Source: the human T2T-CHM13v2.0 reference genome, Homo sapiens. Taken from it: DNA of 64,000 nt. A program made the translations under genes and the position numbers. Of this stretch, positions 57,966-64,000 are shown piece by piece. The notes beneath the pieces were generated by a model. The model searched no databases. It was not told the origin of the DNA and saw nothing but the letters and a program-made list of their open reading frames with translations. The stretch lies in NCBI RefSeq assembly GCF_009914755.1, contig NC_060927.1; one strand, written 5' to 3'. The first letter of the stretch is position 1; the number at the start of each line of letters is the position of its first letter.

Positions 57966-58763
57966 TGATATGGAAGGGGGGCAGGGGAGTGCTGGGTAGA
58001 GAAGGGTGGGGACCCTCGCGAGGGCTCTGCCCTCGGGCTTGTGCCCTTGGACCTTAGTGAGAACAGGCACTCCTGTTTTCATGTCCAAATGTTGCATTTT
58101 CCAAGACTACTCTGGCCTGCTATGACCCCCATCCTGTGCCCATAAAAAACCCAAGACCCTAGTGGGCACAGACAAAAGTGGCTGGACATCAAGAGGAGCA
58201 GAGAAGCAGAAGAGGACACCGACAGACATCAGCAGATGCTGGCAGGCTTTTGACAGTGGGGAGATGTGGAATTCAGTTGGGGGTGGTTGGTGGAGAGTCG
58301 GGCTGCTAGGCAGCCCGACTCTAGGGGAAGACCACCTTCCCACTCCATCCCCCTTCTGGCTCCCCATCCATCTGAGAGCCACCTCCTCCACTCAATAAAA
58401 TCTTGCATTCATTCTCCAAGTCCACGTGTGATCTGATTTTTCAAGTACACTAGGGCAAGAACCTGGGATACAGAAAGCCCTCTGTCTTTGTGATAAGGCA
58501 GAGGGCCTAATTGAGCTGATTAACACAAGCCACCTGCAGATGGCAAAACTGAAGGAGACCACTGTAACACATGCCCACTGGGGCTTCGGGAGCTGTAAAC
58601 ACCCAATTCCACAAGCTGCTGTGGGACCAGAGCCCAGAAACGCTCCCAACGACCTGCCCGTCTGCACGCTCCCTCTAGGGGTTTGAGCAGCAGGATACTG
58701 AGAAGTGAGCCATGCCCCAGTAGCATGCCCTGCAAGGGGGAAAAGGGTACTCCTCCTGTTTCA
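57966..58763 (+). mobile_element. Solo ERV1-class LTR (LTR1/LTR27/MER52-like)
   Basis: TG...CA termini, cccataaaaa TATA-like box, AATAAA near 58394, imperfect 4-bp TSD attt/atgt; subfamily uncertain. Confidence 0.8.
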
Positions 58764-59095
58764 ATGTATGGGTCAGAAACCTTGGTCTGGGATGGCCTAC
58801 TGAATGGATTGGAGGGCTCTTTCCCCTTCAGGAAGCACTAAGGTATTGGCCAGGAACCAAGAAGTCCTGAGCACCTTTATAAACTGGGAAAAAAAAATTG
58901 GGGTGAGTATCCCCTGGATGTGTGGATGCCCATCCTGAGGGAGGCTTTCATTTGCTCATCTCCCACTAGTGAGGCCATGCCTTATTGGGATGAGAGGATG
59001 CAGTTTCATTTCAAGAAATCACTCTTGGCTCTGTCTTGGTGCTGGAGAGGAAAGACAGGCAGGGTGCCCTGTGCAGAGAGGTGATGGTGGGGCTC

Positions 59096-60500
59096 TGCTG
59101 TGGGTTGAATGGTGTCCTCTCAAATTCATGTTTATCAATGTGGGGAAAAGAAAGAGAGATCAGATTGTTACTGTGTCTGTGTAGAAAGTAGAAATAAGAG
59201 ACTCCATTTTGTTAGGTACTAAGAAAAATTCTTCTGTCTTGAGATGCTGTTAATCTGTAACCCTACCCCCAACCCTGTGCTCTCTGAGACATGTGCTGTG
59301 TCAACTCAGGGTTAAATGGATTAAGGGCTGTGCAGGGTGTGCTTTGTTAAACAAATGCTTGAAGGCAGCATGCTTGTTAAGAGTCATCACCACTCCCTAA
59401 TCTCAAGTACCCAGAGACACAAAACACTGCTGAAGGCCACAGGGACCTCTGCCTGGGAAAGCCAGGTATTGTCCAAGGTTTCTCCCCATGTGATAGCCTG
59501 ATATATGGCCTCCTGGGAAGGGAAAGACCTGACTGTCCCCCAGCCCGACACCCCGTAAAGCGTCTTTGCTGAGGAGGATTAGTGAAAGAGGAAGGCCTCT
59601 TTGCAGTTGAGATAAGAGGAAGGCATCTGTCGCCTGCTTCTCCCTGGGCAATGGAACGTCTTGGTGTCAAGCCCGATTGTATATTCCTTCTACTGAGATA
59701 AGGGAAAACCACCTTAGGGCTGGAGGTGGGACATGCTGGCAGCAATACTGCTCTTTAATGGATTAAGATGTTTATGTGTATGCACATCAAAAGCACAGCA
59801 CTTAATTCTTTACCTTGTTTAAGATGCAGAGAGCTTTGTTGACGTGTTTTCCTACTGACCTTCTCTCCGCTATTACCCTATTGTCCTGCCAAATCCCCCT
59901 CTCCGGGAAACGCCTGATAATTGTCAATAAATACTAAGGGAACTCAGAGGCCGGTGGCAGCCTGACCGGCATGGGTCCTCCGTATGCTGAACGCCGGTCC
60001 CCTGGGCCCTATTTTCTTTCTCTATACCTTGTCTCTGTGTCTCTTTCTTTTCCAGGTCTCTCATTCCACCTAACGAGAAACGCCCACAGGTGTGGAGGGG
60101 CAACCCACCCCTTCAATCAGGAACCTCAGAATGTGACATTTGGAAATTGGGTGGTTGCAGATGTAACGAATTAACTTGGCGACATACTGGAGTAAGGTGG
60201 GCCCTTCACACCATATGATTGGTATCCTTATAAGAAGAAAAGAAGAGACTCAGAGGGAAGACAGCTGTGTGCAGCTGGAATGATGCATCTGAAGCCAAGG
60301 AAAGCCGTGCATTGCCGGCCACCATCCAAAACTAGAAAAAGTCAGGAAGGATTCTTCCCTAGAACCTTCAAAGGCAGTACAGCCCTGCCAACACCTGCAT
60401 TCAGCCTCTGGCCTCCAGAACTGTGAGAGGATGAATTTCTGTTGTTTTCAGCCACCCAAGCTTAGGAAATGGGTTGCAGCAGACTGGGAATAAGACAGGC
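59096..60500 (+). mobile_element. MLT1-type MaLR LTR split by an LTR5 insertion
   Basis: tgctgtgggttgaatggtgtcc... resumes at gaacctcagaatgtgac (60121) through ggcctccagaactgtgagagg. Confidence 0.85.
59139..60115 (+). mobile_element. Solo HERV-K(HML-2) LTR, LTR5B-like
   Basis: tgtggggaaaagaaagagagatcagattgttactgtgtc...ggggcaacccaccccttca; imperfect TSD atcaa/atcag. Confidence 0.92.
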
Positions 60501-60951
60501 AGCCAGTCAGCCTCCGTGGAATTCCCAGGCAGCTTGCAGGAGCCAGAGTGGGCCCTGGGCTCTGAGAAGGTCTGAGGCCCAGCAGGCGCAGGGGCCTAAA
60601 CTATTTCTCGGCAAGGAGGAAGGAAGGTTCATCCAGAACGTAGATCCCCTTCCTCCTTCTGACACCTCACGAGGTCACAGCGAGGTGGCTGGGAGGAGAG
60701 CCAGGAAGTTTTCACTGAGGTGTGTGGGAGACAGCTTGGCAGCCCTTGGTCTCTGAAGGGAGGAGGTGGTGTGAAGGAGGGCAGCTTCAGAACTTCCCAG
60801 TTCCTGCTTGATGACCTGTGTGTAAAGTATTCCCGTTTAGGTTTCAACATCCTCTCAGAAATATAATTCTCAGAAAATCCAGGCACCCAATCCAGCTCCC
60901 TGGCATTCCCTGAAATCTGAAGTCAAAGGGGCTGAGCCAGCCTGCCCTGGG

Positions 60952-61412
60952 TGTCAGGCCTCTGAGCCCAAGATAAGCCATCATATCCCCTGTGACCTGC
61001 ACATACACATCCAGATGGCTGGTTCCTGCCTTAACTGATGACATTCCTCCACAAAAGAAGTGAAAATGGTCTGTTCCTGCCTTAACTGATGACATTCCTC
61101 CACAAAAGAAGTGAAAATGGTCTGTTCCTGCCTTAACTGATGACATTGTCTTGTGAAATTCCTTCTCCTGGCTCATTCTGGCTCAAAACCTCCCCCACTG
61201 AGTACCTTCTGACCCCCACTCTGCCTGCCAGAGAACAAACCCCCTTTGACTGTAATTTTCCTTTGCCTACCCAAATCCTATAAAATGGCCCCACCCCTAT
61301 CTCCCTTTGCTGACTCTCTTTCAGACCCAGCCCACCTGCACCCAGGTGAAATAAACAGCCATGTTGCTCACAAAGTCTGTTTGGTGGTCTCTTCACATGG
61401 ACGCACATGAAA
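60952..61412 (+). mobile_element. HERV-H 5' LTR (LTR7 family)
   Basis: tgtcaggcctctgagcccaag start, TATA cctataaaa ~61277, aaataaa ~61349, ends catgaaa followed by PBS. Confidence 0.95.
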
Positions 61413-64000
61413 TTTGGTGCTGTGACTCGGATGGGGGGCCTCCCTTGGGAGATCAATCCCATGTCCTCCTGTTCTTTGCTCCATGAAAAAGATCCGCCTA
61501 CAACCTCAGGTCCTCAGACCCAGCAGCCCAAGGAACATCTCACCAATTTTAAATCCGGTAAGCAGCCTCTTCTTACTCTCTTCTCCAACCTCTCCCTGTC
61601 CATCAACCACTTTCTCCTTTCCAGTCTTCAATCTCTCCATTCTCTTAATTTCAATTCCTTTCATTTTCTGGTAGAGACAAAGGAGACACGTTTTATCCGT
61701 GGACCCAAAACTCTGGCACCGGTCATGGACTGCGAAGGCAGATTTCCCTTGGTGTTTAATCATTACAGGGATGCCTCTCTGATTATTCAACCACGTTTCA
61801 AAGGTGTCAGATCACCCAGGGACGCCTGCCTTGGTCCTTCACCCTTAGTGGCAAGTCCCGCTTTTCTGAGGGAGGGACAAGTACCCCAACCCCTTCTCTC
61901 CATGTCTCTACCCCTTCTCTGCTTTTCTGGGGGAGGGGCAAATACCCCTCAACCCCTTCTCCTTCACCCTTAGTGGCAAGTCCTGCTTTTCTGGGGGAGG
62001 TGCAAGCACCCCAACCCCTTCTCTCCATGTCTCTACCCCTTCTCCACCTTTCAGGGGGGCAAGAAACCCCCAACCCCTTCTCCTTCACCCTTAGTGGCAA
62101 GTCCCACTTTTCTGGGGGAGGTACAAGTACCCCAACCTCATATCTCTGCACCCCAATCCCTTATTTCTGCACACTGGCCCCTTTTCTCTGTGCCCCAATC
62201 CCTTATTTCCACACCCTGACCTCTTATATCTCTGCACCCCAATCCCTTATTTCCATGCCTGGACCTCGTATCTCTGTGCCCCGACCCCTTTCCCACTTTT
62301 CTGTAGGGTAAGAACCCCTGAACCCCTTCCCTCCGTGTCTCTACTCTCTCTTTTCTCTGGGCTTGCTTCCTACACTATGGGCAACCTTCCACCCTCCATT
62401 CCTCCTTCTTCTCCCTTAGCCTGTATTTTTAAGAACTTAAAACCTCTTCAACTCTCACCTGACCTAAAATCTAAGCATCTTATTTTCTTCTGCAATGCTG
62501 CTTGACCCCAATACAAACTCAACAGTAGTTCCAAATAGCCAGAAAACGGCACTTTCAATTTTTCCATCCTGTAAGATCTAAATAATTATTGCCGTAAAAT
62601 AAGCAAACTGTCTGAGGTGCCTGACTTCCAGACATTCTTTTACACATCAGTCCCTTCCTAGTCTCTGTGCCCAAAGCAACTCGTCCCAAATCTTCCTCCT
62701 TTCCCTCCCGCCTGTCCCCTCAGTCCCAAACCCAAGCATTGCTGAGTCTTTCTAATCTTCCTTTTCTACAGACCCATCTGACCTCTCCCCTCCTCCCCAG
62801 GCTGCTCCTCGCCAGGCCAAGCTAAGTCCCAATTCTTCTTCCGCCTCCACTCCTCCACTCTATAATCCTTTTTTCACCTCCCCTCCTCACCCCGGGTCCG
62901 GCTTACAGTTTCATTTCATGACTAGCCCTCCCCAAGCTGCCCAGCAATTTGCTCTTAAACAGGTGCCTGGAGCTAAAGACATAGTCAAGGATAATGCTCC
63001 TTTTTCTTTATCCCAAATCAGATAGCATTTAGCCTCTTTTTCATCAAATATAAAAATCCAGCCCAGTTCATGGCTTGTTCAGCAGCAACCCTGAGACGCT
63101 TTGCAGCCCTAGACCCTAAAAAGTCAAAAGGCTGTCTTATTCTAAATATACATTTTATTTCCCAATCTACTCCCGACATTAAATAAAACTCCAAAAATTA
63201 AATTCTGGTCCTCAAACCCCACAACAGGATTTAATTAACCTCACCTTCAAGATGTACAATAATAGAAAAAAGTTGTAATTCCTTACCTCCACTCTGAGAC
63301 AAATCCCAGCCACATCTCCAGCACACAAGAACTTCCAAACGCCTGAACCGCAGTGGCCAGGTGTTCCTCCAGAACATCTTCCCCCAGGAGCTTGCTACAA
63401 GTGTCAGAAATCTGGCCACCAGGCCAAGGAATGCCTGCAGCCCAGGATTCCTCCTAAGCCACGTCCCATCTGTGCGGGACCCCACTGGAAATCGGACTGT
63501 TCAACTCACCTGGCAGCTGCTCCCAGAGCCCCTGGAACTCTGGCCCAAGCTTCTCTGACTGACCCCTTCTCAGCTTAGTGGCTGAAGACTGACGCTGCCT
63601 AATTGCCTCGGAAGCCCCATAGACCATCATGGATGCCGAGCTTTAGGTAACTCTCACAGTGGAAGATAAGTCCGTCCCCTTCTTAATCAATATGGAGGCT
63701 ACCCACTCCACACTACTTTCTTTTCAAGGGCCTGTTTCCCTTGCCTCCATAACTGTTGTGGGTATTGACGGCCAGGCTTCTAAACCTCTTAAAACTCCCC
63801 AACTCTAGTGCCAACTTAGACAATACTCTTTTAAACACTCCTTTTTAGTTATCCCCACATGCCCCGTTCCCTTATTTGGCCAAGACACTTTAACTAAATT
63901 ATCTGCTTCCCTGACTATTCCTGGGTACAGCCACACCTCATTGCCACGTTTTCCCCCAGTTCAAAGCCTCCTTCACATCCTCCTCTTGTATTACCCCACC
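61413..64000 (+). mobile_element. HERV-H internal region (leader, defective gag, protease remnant), continues beyond window
   Basis: Leader repeats ccttcacccttagtggcaagtcc; zinc knuckle CYKCQKSGHQAKEC at ~63393-63434; protease-like remnant from ~63640. Confidence 0.93.
61415..61432 (+). promoter_or_regulatory. tRNA-His primer binding site
   Basis: tggtgctgtgactcggat immediately after the LTR, one change from the canonical tggtgccgtgactcggat. Confidence 0.9.

Overview
Primate (human or great-ape-like; species and chromosome not determinable from sequence alone) genomic DNA with the hallmarks of an OR7E-associated segmental-duplication mosaic. I see no intact protein-coding gene. Left to right: a processed RPS17 pseudogene; a CpG island heading a decayed minus-strand multi-exon gene I cannot assign to a family; an ERVL fragment; a solo LTR12; a truncated VPS51 retrocopy joined to L1-derived sequence; and an Alu/LTR5A/L1 cassette present twice (~16.1-19.9 kb and ~38.9-42.6 kb). 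Between the cassette copies, two OR7E pseudogenes bracket an ~11 kb SATR1/SATR2-type satellite block that contains an LTR-less ~4.1 kb HERV-E gag-pro-pol segment. To the right are an unprocessed, internally deleted EVA1C pseudogene (three exons), a cluster of plus-strand LTRs and the 5' part of a HERV-H provirus running off the window. Family names come from recognition of consensus sequences, not database searches; many repeat boundaries are approximate.
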